A DNA stretch of 64,000 bases. It comes from Eledone cirrhosa (Eukaryota). The notes below the pieces were generated by a model. That model had not been told where the DNA came from and did not search any database. It was given only the letters and a program-made list of their open reading frames with translations. Where the stretch lies: positions 358,980,001 to 359,044,000 of the forward strand of contig OZ024742.1 in the NCBI GenBank assembly GCA_964016885.1, in the 5' to 3' direction. Within the stretch, counting starts at the first letter, position 1; each line of letters opens with the position of its first letter. This document shows, in pieces, positions 30,215-45,600 of the stretch. Made by a program: the position numbers and the translations under genes.

Positions 30215-31960
30215 ATAAGTATTGAAGTTTCCGTTGAAAATTGAAAATGTCATAGGAGTGAAGAGTGCTCTATGTAAGTACCAGAGCTAAATTTAATGTA
30301 TAATAAACAATACAATATAATTAGCTCATTACCAGAGGTTTCCCGCATAGGACGAATACGAAAAAAGTCCTCATTCGTTCATCGGACAAGGCAATTTAAA
30401 CATAGTGAAATATTAGAAAAATCTCAAGAAAGGCAAGAGTTTAACGTGCAAAAAAATATATAAATAAAAGTAATGCAAGAGATATATAAAAACAATAAGG
30501 AAATATAGTTAGGGTATGTGTATATGTATGTATATACACTCACAAATGTACATATGTGTGTATGTACAAATGCATGTGTATGGTGAAAATGTGTGCGTAA
30601 TTACATGTATGAGGGCAAGTATATTTGTGACCACAAATACGTATATAATATGAGTTGAAAAAGAAATTGTAAGATAATATAGTTAACACGCATCCAGATA
30701 CAGGTATTAAATACACATACGAGTATGAAAGCACGCGTATAAACACACACACACGCGCGCGGTCACTTATATGCGGAAGATAAAGAGGGAAGGGAGTGTA
30801 ATAGTAAAAAGAAGTGTCATTCTCGATATATGTATAAAAATAAAACAATATATGAGAATGAAAAACATTTTTTAAATCAAAGAGAAAGTAAGAGGGAGGG
30901 GTTATCAATTAACACTAGGAAAAAGAAAACAAACATAGGTACGCACGTACACACATATATATATATATATAAATATATATACATATAAATACGTACAGAC
31001 AAAAGCGCATGCATGCGTACTTACATACACACGAGGCACGTATATATATATATATCACCACTTGTATATCTAATCACAGGTACGTACGCAACTATATATA
31101 TGTATACATATATACATACACTCCCATACATACGTATACATATACATACATATACATACACATACATTCACCCACATACACACACACGTATAAATAAGTA
31201 TGTAAAATACATAGATATAAAAACACGCATACACACATATATATACGTACGCACGCACACATACGGAGGCGTTCGTATACATATACAGAACCTATACACA
31301 CATATGCACACTAACACGCATAGATACAAATTATAAACCAGCTGTATGAATAAATGAGTACAAATATAAAATCGGCTGCGAAACAACAGAATATATCTGG
31401 GTGGAAAACGCAAGTGACAAGTTATATCTGGTAGTGAAAGAAAATATGGAATGTGAAGATATTAGGTAAGTGAATCAAAAGGTAGGAGGGGGGTTCACTG
31501 GTGGATGTGAAATAAAAATAAAAATAAAGTTAAAAATAAAGTTAAAAATGAAAGTAAATCAGAAAGAGAAGTCTGTAAAGAGGATAATTTAAGGATAGTT
31601 AAGAACAAGAGTTTATGGAGGATAAGTATCTGAAAGTGAGTTAAGTTTATATGAGCTGGAAAGCAAGTGTGATTTCAGGTGTGGGCAACTTGTGAAAATT
31701 TATGTTTTTGCGTTTAGGCAGGTTTTTGGTGATTTAAGGTTCTGTAAAATCCAATATTTTTCACTTATGCAGAGTGTGCATCTTCTTGTTCCTCTTGCAT
31801 ATTCTTTAGATGGGTTGAAAATTGACCAATCCAATTTATATTGGATACCTTGGTCTTTCAAATCCCATATTCGGCTAGCCAGAGCTGTTGTGAATCTTTT
31901 TTCTGGATGTCAGAAAGATGAGACATGTGAGTAATAACGCGTTTTGAATTGTTTGTTCGC
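30215..31960 (-). mobile_element. Penelope-like element 3' remnant: GIY-YIG endonuclease C-terminal half plus 3' region with a degenerate hammerhead
   Basis: Minus strand 31955-31650 translates QFKTRYYSHVSSF*HPEKRFTTALASRIWDLKDQGIQYKLDWSI...RRCTLCISEKYWIL...LNAKT*IFTSCPH, the FK.R..H / IW.LK / CxxC..EK / C.H pattern of PLE GIY-YIG domains. Two stops. Confidence 0.82.
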
Positions 31961-32079
31961 TCTACATGGCTGAATACAATAAATGTAATCTGACTGATCA
32001 GCCAGTCTGCTAATATGCAAATCAGGCCGATCAGTCACTGTGTATTTTTCGCAAGTGAACAGTTTGCCAAGTGAACAGT

Positions 32080-32129
32080 GAGCTGTACTGATGAAGGGTG
32101 ATACCCAGAAACATTAGTGTCTGCAGTTC
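32080..32129 (+). ncRNA. Minimal type I hammerhead ribozyme motif (PLE-type)
   Basis: GAGCTGTA-CTGATGA-a-GGGT(gat)ACCC-a-GAAAC-A(ttag)TGTC-TGCAGTTC: intact core, 8-bp stem I with 2 GU pairs, GUC cleavage triplet; an A-A mismatch closes stem II. Confidence 0.75.
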
Positions 32130-32261
32130 TGTTCGCATGCAAACATAAGAGTAAGAATGAAGGGTTCATTCTACTGACATGGCTATAAAATTGAGGCTTG
32201 TTTGCATAATTGCAAACGAATCGAATGTTATTATTAATATTCGAAAAACTCAGATTACATT

Positions 32262-32292
<31 letters not shown>

Positions 32293-32296
32293 GACG

Positions 32297-32418
<122 letters not shown>

Positions 32419-32768
32419 ACCAGTCTAGTACTGGGGTAGATTCTTCCTCTATATCTCTTTCTCATTTCCTCTCTCTCTCTGACTTTCTATCTTTCTCTGG
32501 AAGAAATCTGCTGTACTCAGGCCTGGAGATGGATGGGCTCGGCCAGGCTTAAAATGCTCAAGAAACACCGTATGTCACTACGGTGCCCCCTACGACACTA
32601 TCAGGAATTAAAGGACCATACATACCGATGTTGTTAAAAAAAGAAGACTAATGACATCATATTGTATTAAGGAAGTGGAACCGTAAATATAAGTGACAAG
32701 ATAATATTTAGAGCAAACAAAATTGTGATTGAAAATGTTAATTGTATATTCTAATCCCATTGCAAATA

Positions 32769-32770
<2 letters not shown>

Positions 32771-32831
<61 letters not shown>

Positions 32832-33066
32832 ACAGCTCACACCTATGCAGATTTAGCTGCCCTCCTCGAAGGTGTATCTCCTTGGAGGTGTCTTGGGTGA
32901 TTTAATGATAGGGACCCCAATCCCATCATCTCATTTCTGCAGCTGAGTAAACTGAAATAAATTGTCTTGCTCAAGGAAACCACACATCACCCAGTCCGAG
33001 AATTGAACTCACAACCTTTCGATTTCAAGCCCAATGCTCGAACCGCTAAGCCATGCGCCTTCACAT
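32771..33066 (-). mobile_element. SINE family B with (CA)n tail
   Basis: Reverse complement GAAGGCGCATGGCTTAGCGGTTCGAGC..GAGTTCAATTC..CCTTGAGCAAGAC..GTGAGCTGTGACACAC. Confidence 0.85.
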
Positions 33067-33390
33067 ATAGTGCAAATATAGTGCAAATACATGTTGAAAA
33101 GAGTGATTATATTCGAAAGACCTTGTTGTTCGGCTTTCACAAATGTACAATACTCTGAACGACCTTACCAATTTTCGGCAGTTGAAATATGACTATTTTC
33201 TTTGTGAGAAATGTTATCTAGAGACACGTTTAATATCTTTTGATTTACCAAGGATTTAAGCAGATGTAAAATATATGGATGAATATATGACTGTCAATAC
33301 AATGACAGCCGACTATGCACTTAAATAGATAGATTTAGAAAGGATCATATACATACTTAGAATAAATTATTCCGATTTACGTCTAAAAAA

Positions 33391-33525
33391 ACATGTAGAC
33401 ATATACAGACGAACATGTAGATATATAGAGGCCATGTAGACATATCGAGTCCATGTAGACATATAAAGGCCAACATGTGGACATATAGAGACCAACATGT
33501 AGACATATAGAGGCAATAGGTAGAC
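33391..33525. repeat. ~20-23-bp tandem repeat (CATGTAGACATATAGAGGCC), about 6 copies
   Basis: Directly visible, just left of the satellite array. Confidence 0.8.
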
Positions 33526-33677
33526 TCAACTGGAAATCAATCGAATGATAAATTGCATGATATTCTAAAATGACGACTATTAATCAACTTAAAGAAGGTC
33601 CAATCAATTCCCTATCTTCCAAATATATTTTAAAAGAATGATAGAATGTTGAACTAATTCCATTTACACCGTACCGT

Positions 33678-36600
33678 AAATGACTGCCGGTGGGTAGTGA
33701 CTGTTACAGTGACTATCATACGAAAGTTACTGTTACAATGACTGACTTTCAGATGACAATGATTGTTGCAATGTCTGTCATATGACAGTTACTGTTACAA
33801 TAACTGACTGTCAGATGGCAGTGACTGTTACAATGACTGTCAGATGGTAGTAAATGTTACAATAAGTGTCAGATGATAGTGAATGTTACAATGACTGTCA
33901 GATGGTAGTGACTGTTACAATGATTGTCAAATGGTAGTGATTGTTACAATGACTGTCAGATGGCAGTGACTGTTACAATGACTGTCAGATGGCAGTGACT
34001 GTTACAATGACTGTCAGATGGCAGTGACTGTTACAATGACTGTCAGATGGCAGTGACTGTTACAATGACTGACTGTCAGATAGCAGTTACTGTTACAATG
34101 ACTGTCAGATGGTAGTGACTGTTACAATGACTGTCAGATGGCAGTGACTGTTACAATAACTGTCAGATAGCAGTGACTGTTACAATGACTATCAGATGGC
34201 AGTGACTGTTACAATGACTGTCAGATGACGAGGACTGTTACAATGACTGGCATATGGCAGTGAATGTTACAATGACTGTCAGATAGTAGTGACTGTTACA
34301 ATTACTATCAGATGGCAGTCACTGTTACAATGACAGTCAGATGGCAGTGACTGTTACAATGACTGTCAGATGGCAGGGACTGTTACAATAACTGTCAGAT
34401 AGCAGTGACTGTTACAATGACTATCAGATGGCAGTGACTGTTACAATGACTGTCAGATGACGAGGACTGTTACAATGACTGGCATATGGCAGTGAATGTT
34501 ACAATGACTGTCAGATAGTAGTGACTGTTACAATTACTATCAGATGGCAGTCACTGTTACAATGACAGTCAGATGGCAGTGACTGTTACAATGACTGTCA
34601 GATGACAAGGACTGTTACAATGACTATCAGATGACAGTGACTGTTCCAATGACTGTCAGATGGCAGTGACCGTCAGATGGCAGTGACTGTTGCAATTACT
34701 GTCAGATGGCAGTGACTGTTACAATGACTCTCAGATAGCAGTGACTGCTACAATGACCGTCAGATAGTAGTGACTGTTACAATAACTGTCAGGTGACAAG
34801 GACTGTTACAATGACTATCAGATGACAGTGACTGATACAATCAATGTCAGATGGCAGTGACTGTTACACTGACTATCCAATGACAGTGACTGCTACAATA
34901 ACTGTCAGATGACAGTGACTTTTACAATGACTGTCAGATAGCACTTACTGTTTAAATGATTATCATATGGCAGTGACTGTTACAATGACTGTCAGATGGT
35001 AGTGACTGTTACAATGACTGTCAGATGGTAGTGACTGTTACAATGACTGCCAGGTGATAGTGACTGTTACAATGACTGTCAGATGACAGTGACTGTTACA
35101 TTGACTGTCAGAAGGTAGTGACTGTTAAAATGACTCTCAGTTGGCAGTTACTGTTATAATGACTGTAAAATGGCAATAACTGTAACAATGAATGTAAGAT
35201 GGTAGTGACTGTTACAATGACTGTCAGATGGTAGTGACTGTTACAAGGACTGTCAGATGGTAGTCAATGTTACAATGACTGTCAGATGGCAGTGACTGTT
35301 ACAATGACGGTCAGATGGCAGTGACTGTCAGATGGCAGTGACTGTCAAATGGCAGCGACTGTCAGATTGCAGTAACTGTTCCAATGACTTTCAGTTGGCA
35401 GTGACTGTTACAATGACTTTCAGATGGGAGTGATTGTTACAATGACTGTCAGATGACAGTGACTGTTACAATGACTGTCACATGGCAATGACTGTTACAA
35501 TGACTATCAGATGGCAGTGACTGTTACAATGACTGTCAGAAAGCACTTAGTGTTAACATGACTGTCATATGGCAGTGATTGGTACAATGTCTGTCAGATG
35601 GTAGTGACTGTTACAAGGACTGTCAGATGGTAGTCACTGTTACAATGACTGTCAGATGACAAGGACTGTTACAATGACTATCAGATGACAGTGACTGTCA
35701 CGATCACTGTCAGATGGCAGTGACTGTTACACTGACTATCCAATGACAGTGACTGTTACAATAACTGTCAGATGGCAGTGACTGTTACAATGACTGCCAG
35801 GTGACAGTGACTGTTACAATGACTGTTAGATGGCAGTGACTGTTACATTGACTGTCAGAAGGTAGTTACTGTTAAAATGACTGTCAGTTGGCAGTTACTG
35901 TTATAATGACTGTCAGATGGCAATAACTGTAACAATGAATGTCAGATGGTAGTGACTGTTACAATGACTCTCAGATGGTAGTGACTGTTACAATGACTGT
36001 CATATGGTAGTCACTGTTACAATGACTGTCAGATGGCAGTGACTGTTACAATGACTGTCAGATGGCAGCGACTGTCAGATTGCAGTGACTGTTCCAATGA
36101 CTTTCAGATGGCAGTGACTGTTACAATGCCTTTCAGATGGCAGTGACTGTTACAATGACTGTCAGATGACAGTGACTGTTACAATGACTGTCACATGGCA
36201 ATGACTGTTACAATGACTATCAGATGGCAGTGACTGTTACAATGACTGACAGAAAGCACTTACTGTTAAAATGACTGTCATATGGCAGTGACTGTTACAA
36301 TGACTGTCAGATGGTAGTGACTGTTACAATGACTGTCAGATGGTAGTCACTGTTACAATGACTGTCAGATGGCATTGACTGTTACAATGACTGTCAGATG
36401 GCAGTAACTGTTACAATGATTGTCAGATAACACTTACTGTTAAAATAACTGTCAGATGGTAGTCACTGTTACAATGACTGTCAATGGCATTGGCTGTTAC
36501 AATGACTGTCATATGGCAGTGACTGTTACAATGACTGTCAGATAACACTTACTGTTAAAATAACTGTCATATGGCAGTGACTGTTACAATGACTGTCAGA

Positions 36601-39600
36601 TGGTAGTGGCTGTTACAATGACTGTCAAATGGTAGTGACTGTTACAATGACTCTCAGATGGTAGTGGCTGTTACAATGACTGAGAGATGGTAGTGAGTGT
36701 TACAATGACTCTCAGATGACAGTGACTGTTACAATGACTGTCAGATAGTACTGAATGATACAATGACTATCAGATGACAGTGACTGTTACAATGACTGTC
36801 AGATGGCAGGTACTGTTACAATGACTGTCAGATGGCATTGACTGTTACAATGACTGTCAGATGACAAGGACTGTTACAATGACTATCATATGACAATGAC
36901 TGTTACAATGACTGTCAGATGGCCGTGACTGTTACACAGACTATCAAATGACAGTGACTTTTACAATAACTGTCAGATGGCAGTGACTGTTACAATGACT
37001 GCGAGGTGACAGTGACTTTTACAATGACTGTCAGATGGCAGTGACTCTTACATTGACTGTCAGAAGGTAGTGACTGTTAAAATGACTGTCAGATGGCAGT
37101 CACTGTTACAATGACTGTCAGATAACAGTGTCTGTTCCAATGACTTTCAGATGGCAGTGACTGTGACAATAACTTTCAGATAGCAGTGACTCTTACAATG
37201 ACTGTCATATGACAGTGACTCTTACAATGACTGTCACACGGCAGTGACTGTTACAATGACTTTCAGATGGCAATGACTGTTACAATGACTGTCAGATGAC
37301 AGTGACTGTTACAATGACAGTCACATGGCAATGACTGTTACAATGACTATCAGATGGCAGTGACTGTTACAATGACTGTCAGAAAGCAGTTACTGTTATA
37401 ATGACTGTCATAGTGCAGTGACTGTTACAATGCCTGTCAGAAGGCAGTGACTGTTACTATGACTGTCAGATAGCACTTACTGTTAACATGACTGTCATAT
37501 GGCAGTGACTGTTACAATGACTGTCAGATGGTAGTGACTGTTACAATGACTGTCAGATGGCATTGACTGTTACAATGACTATCAGATGGCAGTGACTGTT
37601 ACAATGACTATCAGATGACAGTGACTGTTACAATGACTGTCAGATGGCAGTTCCTGTTACAATGACTGTCAGATGACGAGGACTGTTACAATTACTGTCA
37701 GATGGCAGTGGCTGTTACAATGACTGTCATATGACAAGGACTGTTACAATGAGTATCAGATGGAAGTGACTGTTAAAGTGACTGTCGGATGGCAATGACT
37801 GTTACAATGACTTTCAGATGGCAGTGACTGTTACAATGACTGTCAGATGGCAGTGACTGTTCCAATGACTTTCAGATGGCAGTGACTGTTACAATGACTT
37901 TAAGGTAGCAGTGACTGTTATAATTACTGTCAGATGACAGTGACTCGTACAATGACTGACACAGGGAAATGACTGTTACAATGACTATCAGATGGCAGTG
38001 ACTGTTACAATGACTATCAGATAATATTTACTGTTAAAATGACTGTCATATGGCAGTGACTGTTACAATGACTGTCAGATGGCAGTGACTGTTACAATGA
38101 CTGTCAGATAGCACTTACTGTAAAAATGACTGTCATATGGCAGTGACTGTTACAATGACTGTCAGATTGCAGTGACTGTTTCAATGACTGTCAGATGACA
38201 GTGGCTGTTACAATGACTGTCAGATGGTAGTTACTGTTACAATGACTGTCAGATGGCATTAACTGTTACAATGACTGTCAGATTACAAGGACTGTTACAC
38301 TGACTATCAGATGACAGTGACTGTTACAATCACTGTCAGATAGCAGTGACTGTTACACTGACTATCCAATGACAGTGACTGTTACAATAACTGTCAGAAG
38401 GTACTGACTGTTAAAATGACTGTCAGTTGGCAGTTGCTGTTATAATGACTGTCAGATGGAACTAACTGTAACAATGAATGTAAGATGGTAGTGACTGTTA
38501 CAATGACTGTCAGATGGTAGTGACTGTTACAATGACTGTCAGATGGTAGTCACTGTTACAATGCCCGTCAGATGGCAGCGACTGTCAGATTGCAGTGACT
38601 GTTCCAATGACTTTCAGATGGCAGTGACTGTTACAATGACTTTCAGATGGCAGTGACTGTTAAAATGACTGTCAGATGACAGTGACTGTTACAATGACTG
38701 TCACATGGCAATGACTGTTACAATGACTATCAGATGGCAGTGACTGTTAAAAAAACTGTCAGAAAGCACTTACTGTTAAAATGACTGTCATTGTGCAGTG
38801 CCTGTTACAATGACTGTCAGATGGTAGTGACTGTTACAATGACTTCAGATGACAAGTACTGTTACAATGACTATCAGATGACAGTGACTGTTACAATCAC
38901 TGTCAGATGGCAGTGACTGTTACACTGACTATCCAATGACAGTGACTGTTACAATAACTGTCAGATGGCAGTGACTGTTACAATGACTGCCAGGTGACAG
39001 TGACTGTTACAATGACTGTCAGATGGCAGTGACTGTTACATTGACTGTCAGAATGTAGTGACTGTTAAAATGATTGTCAGTTGGCTGTTACTGTTATAAT
39101 GACTGTCAGATGGCAATAACTGTAACAATGAATGTCAGATGGTAGTGACTGTTACAATGACTGTCAGATGGTAGTGACTGTTACAATGACTGTCAGATGG
39201 TAGTCGCTGTTACAATGACTGTCAGATGGCAGTGACTGTTACAATGACTTTCAGATGGCAGTGACTGTCAGATGGCAGTGACTGTCAGATGGCAGCGATT
39301 GTCAGATTGCAGTGACTGTTCCAATGACTTTCAGAGGGCAGTGACTGTTACAATGACTTTCACATGGCAGTGACTGTTACAATGACTGTCAGATGACAGT
39401 GAATGTTACAATGACTGTCACATGGCAATGACTGTTACAATGACTATCAAATGGCAGTGACTGTTACAATGACTGTCAGAAAGCAATTACTGTTATAATG
39501 ACTGTCATATGGCAGTGACTGTTACAATGACTGTCAGATGGTAGTGACTGTTACAATGACTGTCTGATGGTAGTCACTGTTACAATGACTGTCAGATGGC

Positions 39601-42600
39601 ATTGACTGTTACAATGACTATCAGATGGCAGTGACTGTGACAATGACTATCAGATAACACTTACTGTTAAAATGACTGTCATATGGCAGTGGCTGTTACA
39701 ATGACTGTCAGATGGTAGTGACTGTTACAATGACTGTCAGATGGTAGTGAGTGTTTAAATGACTCTCAGATGACAATGACTGTTACAATGACTGTCAGAT
39801 AGTACTGACTGTTACAATGACTATCAGATGACAGTGACTGTTACAATGACTGTCAGATGGCATTGACTTTTACAATGACTGTCAGATGACAAGAACTGTT
39901 ACAATGACTATCATATGACAGTGACTGTTACAATGACTGTCAGATGGCCGTGACTGTTACACAGACTATCAAATGACAGTGACTGTTACAATAATTGTCA
40001 GATGGTAGTGACTGTTACAATGACTGCCAGGTGACAGTTACTTTTACAATGACTGTCAGATCGCAGTGACTGTTACATTGACTGTCAGAAGGTAGTGACT
40101 GTTAAAATGACTTTCAGATGGCAGTGACTGTGACAATGACTTTCAGATAGCAGTGACTCTTACAATGACTGTCATATGACAGTGGCTCTTACAATGACTG
40201 TCACACGGCAATGACTGTTACAATGACTATCAGATGGCAGGGACTCTTACAACGACTGTCAGATAGCACTTACTGTTAAAATGTCTGTCATAGTGCAGTG
40301 ACTGTTACAATGACTGTCATAGGGTAGTGACTGTTACAATGACTGTCAGATGGTAGTGACTGTTACAATGACTGTCAGATGGCATTGACTGTTCCAATGA
40401 CTATCAGATGGCAGTTCTTGTTACAATGACTGTCAGATGGTATTGACAGTTACAATGACTGTCAGATGACGAGGACTGTTACAATGACCGTCAGATGGCA
40501 GTGGCTGTTACAATGACTGTCAGATGACATAGGCTGTTCCAATGACTTTCAGATGGCAGTGAATGTTACAATGACTTTAAGGTAGCAGTGACTGTTATAA
40601 TGACTGTCAGATGACAGTGACTCGTACAATTACTGTCACAGAACAATGACTGTTACAATGACTATTAGATGGCAGTGACTGTTACAATGACTGTCAGATA
40701 GTATTTACTGTTAAAATGACTGTCATATGGCAGTGACTGTTACAATGACTGTCAGATTGCAGTGACTGTTACAATGACTGTCAGATGACAGTGGCTGTTA
40801 CAATGACTGTTAGATGGCAGCTAGTGTTACAATGACTGTCAGATGGCATTGACTGTTACAATGACTGTCAGAATACAAGGACTGTTACGATGACTATCAG
40901 ATGACAGTGACTGTTACAATGACTGTCAGATGGCCGTGACTGTTACACAGACTATCAAATGACAGTGACTGTTACAATAACTGTCAGATGGCAGTAATTG
41001 TTATAATGACTGCCAGGTGACAGTGACTTTTACAATGACTGTCAGATGGCAGTGACTGTTACATTGACTGTCAGAAGGTAGTGACTGTTAAAATTACTGT
41101 CAAATGGCAGTCCCTGTTACAATGATTGTCAGATAGCAGTGACTGTTACAATGAATGTCAGATGGTAGTGACTGTTAAAGTGACTGGCGTATGGCAGTGA
41201 CTGTTACAATGACTGTCAGATGGCAGTGCCTGTTACAATGACTGTCAAATGGTAGTGACTGTCAGATGGCAGCGACTGTCAGATGGCAGTGACTGTTCCA
41301 ATGACTTTCATATGGTAGTGACTGTGACAATGCCTTTCAGATGGCAGTGAGTGTTACAATGACTGTCATATGACAGTGCCTCTACAATGACTGTCACACG
41401 GCAATGACTGTTACAATGACTATCAGATGACAGTGACTGTTACAACGACTGTCATATAGCACTTATTCTTAAAATGACTGTCATATGGCAGTAACTGTTA
41501 CAATGATTGTCAGATGGTAGTGACTGTTACAATGACTGTCAGATGGTAGTCACTGATACAATGACTGTCAAATGGCAGTGGCTATTACAATGACTGTCAG
41601 ATGGTATTGACAGTTACAATGACTGTCAGATAGCAGTGACTGTTTCAATGACTATCAGATGGCAGTGACTGTTACAGTGACTGTCAGATGGCAGTGACTG
41701 TTACAATGACTGTCAGATGGCAGTGACTGTTACAATGACTGTCAGATGACGAGGACTGTTACAATGACTGTCAGATGGCAGTGGTTGTTACAATGACTGT
41801 CAGATGACAAGGACTGTTACAATGACCATCAGATGGTAGTGACTGTTACAGTGACTGTCGGATGGCAATGACTGTTACAATGACCGTCAGATGAAGGTAA
41901 CTGTTACAATGACTGTCAGATGGCAGTGACTGTTCCAATGACTTTCAGATGGCAGTGACTGTTACAATAACTTTAAGGTGGCAGTGACTGTTATAATGAC
42001 TGTCATATGACAGTGACTCGTACAATGACTGTCACATGGTAGTGACTGTTACAATGACTGTCAGAAGGTAGTGACTTTTACAATAACTGTGAGATAGCAG
42101 TGACTGTTACAATGACTGTCAGATGGTAGTGACTGTTACAATGACTGTCAGATGGCAGTGACTGTTACAATGACTATCAGATGACAGTGGCTGTTACAAT
42201 GACTGCTAGATGACAGTGAATGTGTCAATGACAGTCAGATGACAGTGTCTGTTACATTGCTGTCAGATGATAGTGACTTTTACAATGACTGTCCGATGAA
42301 GGTGACTGTTACAATGACTGTCAGATGGCAGTGACTGTCAGATAGCAGTGTCTGTCAGATGGCAGTGACTGTTCCAATGACTGTCAGATGGTAGTCACTG
42401 TTACAATGACTGTCAGATGGCAGTGACTGTTACAATGACTGTCATATGGAAGTGACTGTTACCATGACTGTCAGATAGTACTTACTGTTTAAATGATTGT
42501 CATATGGCAGTGACTGTTACAATGACTGTAAGATGGTAGTGACTGTTACAATGACTGTCAGATGGTAGTGACTGTTACAATGACTGTCAGATGGCAGTGA

Positions 42601-45600
42601 CTGTTACAATGACTGTGAGATAGTAGTGACTGTTACAATGACTGTCACATGACAGTGACTGGTACAATGACTGCGTGATAACAGTGACTCTGTCAATGAC
42701 TATCAGATGACAGTGACTGTTACATTGACTGTCAGATGATAGTGACTTTTACAATGACTGTTAGATAAACGTGACTGTTACAATGACTGTCAGATGGCAG
42801 TGAATGTTCCAATGACTGTCATATGGTAGTGACTGTTACAGTGACTGTCGGATGGCAATTATTTTACAATGACTGTCAGATGAAGGTGACTGTTACAATG
42901 ACTGTCAGATGGTAGTGACTGTTACTGTGACTGTCGGATGGCAGTGACTGTGACGATGACCGTCAGATGGCAGTAACTGTTGCAATGATTGTCAGATGAC
43001 AAGGACTGTTACAATAACTGTCAGATGACAAGGACTGTTACAATGACTGTCAGATGGCAATTACTGTTACAATGACTGTCAGATGGCAGTGGCTGTTACA
43101 ATGACTGTCAAATAGCAGTTACTGTTACAATGACGATCAGATGAGAGTGACTGTTACAACGACTGTCAGATGGCAGTGACTGTTACAATGACTATTAGAT
43201 GACAGTGACTGTTACATTGACTGTCAGATGATAGCTACGTTTACAATGACCGTCATATAAAGGTGACTGTTACGATGACTGTCAGATGGCAGTGACTGTT
43301 ACAATGACTGTCAGATGGTAATGAGTGTTACAGTGACTGTCGGATGTCAATGACTGTTACAATGACTGTCAGATGAAGGTGACTGTTACAATGACTGTCA
43401 GCTGGTAGTGACTGTTACGATGACTGTCAGATGGTAGTGACTGTTACAATGACTGTCAGATGGCATTGACTGTACAATGACTGTCAGATGGTAGTGGCTG
43501 TTTCAGTGACTGTCGGATGGCAATGACTATTACAATGACTGTCATATGAAGGTGACTGTTACAATGACTGTCAGATGGTAGTGACTGTTACAGTGACTGG
43601 CTTATGGCGGTCTCTGTTACAATGACTGTCAGATGGCAGTGACTGTACCAATGACTTTCAGATGGCAGTAACTGTCAGATGGCAGCGACTGTCAGATTGC
43701 AGTGACTGTTACAATGACTATCAGATGGCAGTGACTGTTACAATGACTGTCAGAAAGCACTTACTGTTATAATGACTGTCATATGGCAGTGACTGTTACA
43801 ATGACTGTCAGAAAGCACTTACTGTTACAATGACTGTCAGATGGTAGTGACTGTTACAATGACTGTCAGATGGCAGTGACTGTTACAATGACTGTGAGAT
43901 AGTATTGACTGTTACAATGACTGTCACATGACAGTGACTGGTACAATGAGTGCCGGATGGCAGTTACCGTTACAATGACTGTTAGATGGCAGTGACTGTT
44001 ACAATGACTATCAGACAACAGTGACTGTTATAATGACTGTCAGATGACAGTAACTGTTACGTTGTCTGTAGAAGGTAGTGACTGTTACAATGACTGTCAG
44101 ATGGTAGTTACTGTTACAGTGACAGTCGGATGGCAGTGACTGTTACAATGACTGTCAAATGAAGGTGACTGTTACAATGACTGTCAGATGGGACTGACTG
44201 TTACAATGACTTAAGATGGTAGTGACTGTTACAGTGACTGTCGGATGGCAATGACTGATAAAATGTACTTCAGATGAAGGTGACTGTTACAATGACTGTC
44301 AGATGGCAGTGACTATTACAATGACTGTCATATGGCAGTGACTGTTACAATGACTCTCAGATGACAGTGACTGTTACATTGACTGTCAGATGATAGTGAC
44401 TTTTACAATGACTGTTAGATAAACGTGACTGTTACAATGACTGTCAGATGGCAGTGAATGTTACAATGACTGTCAGATGGTAGTGACTGTTACAGTGACT
44501 GTCGGATGGCAATTACTTTTACAATGACTGTCAGATGAAGGTGACTGTTACAATGACTGTCAGATGGTAGTGACTGTTACTGTGACTATCGGATGACAGT
44601 GACTGTGACGATGACCGTCAGATGGCAGTAACTGTTGCAATGATTGTCAGATGACAAGGACTGTTACAATAACTGTCAGATGGCAATGTCTGTTACAATG
44701 ACTGTCAGATGGTAGTGACTGTTACAGTGACTGTCGGATGGCAATTACTTTTACAATGACTGTCAGATGAAGGTGACTGTTACAATGAGTGTCAGATGGT
44801 AGTGACTGTTACTGTGACTGTCGGATGGCAGTGACTGTGACGATGACTGTTAGATGGCAGCAACTGTTGCAATGATTGTCAGATGACAAGGTCTGTTACA
44901 ATGACTGTCAGAATGCAATGTCTGTTACAATGACTGTTAGATGGCAGTGACTGTTACAATGACTGTCATATGGCAGTGACTGTTACAATGACTGTTAGAT
45001 AGCAGTGACTGTTACAATGATTGTCAGATGACAAGGACTGTTACAATGACTGTCAGATGGCAATTACTGTTACAATGACTGTCAGATGGCTGTGAGTGTT
45101 ACAATGACTGTCAGATGGCAGTGGCTGTTACAATGACTGTCAAATAGCAGTTACTGTTACAATGACGATCAGATGAGAGTGACTGTTACAACGACTGTCA
45201 GATGGCAGTGACTGTTACAATGACTATTAGATGACAGTGACTGTTACATTGACTGTCAGATGATAGTTATGTTTACAATGACCGTCAGATAAAGGTGACT
45301 GTTACGATGACTGTCAGATGGCAGTGACTGTTACAATGACTGTCAGATGGCAGTGACTGTTACAATGACTGTCATATGGTAATCAGTGTTACAGGTACTG
45401 TCGGATGTCAATGACTGTTACAATGACTGTCAGATGAAGGTGACTGTTACAATGACTGTCAGATGGTAGTTTGCTGTTACAGTGACTGTCGGATGGCAAT
45501 GACTATTACAATGACTCTCATATGAAGGTGACTGTTACAATGACTCTCAGATGGTAGTGACTGTTACAGTGACTGGCGTATGGCGGTCTCTGTTACAATG

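Noticed and set aside
31900-31930. In-frame TGA in the PLE endonuclease as selenocysteine (reported for some Naiad PLEs)
   Set aside because: It falls at an Arg-like (CGA) position rather than a Cys, a TAA stop also interrupts the frame, and no SECIS was recognised.
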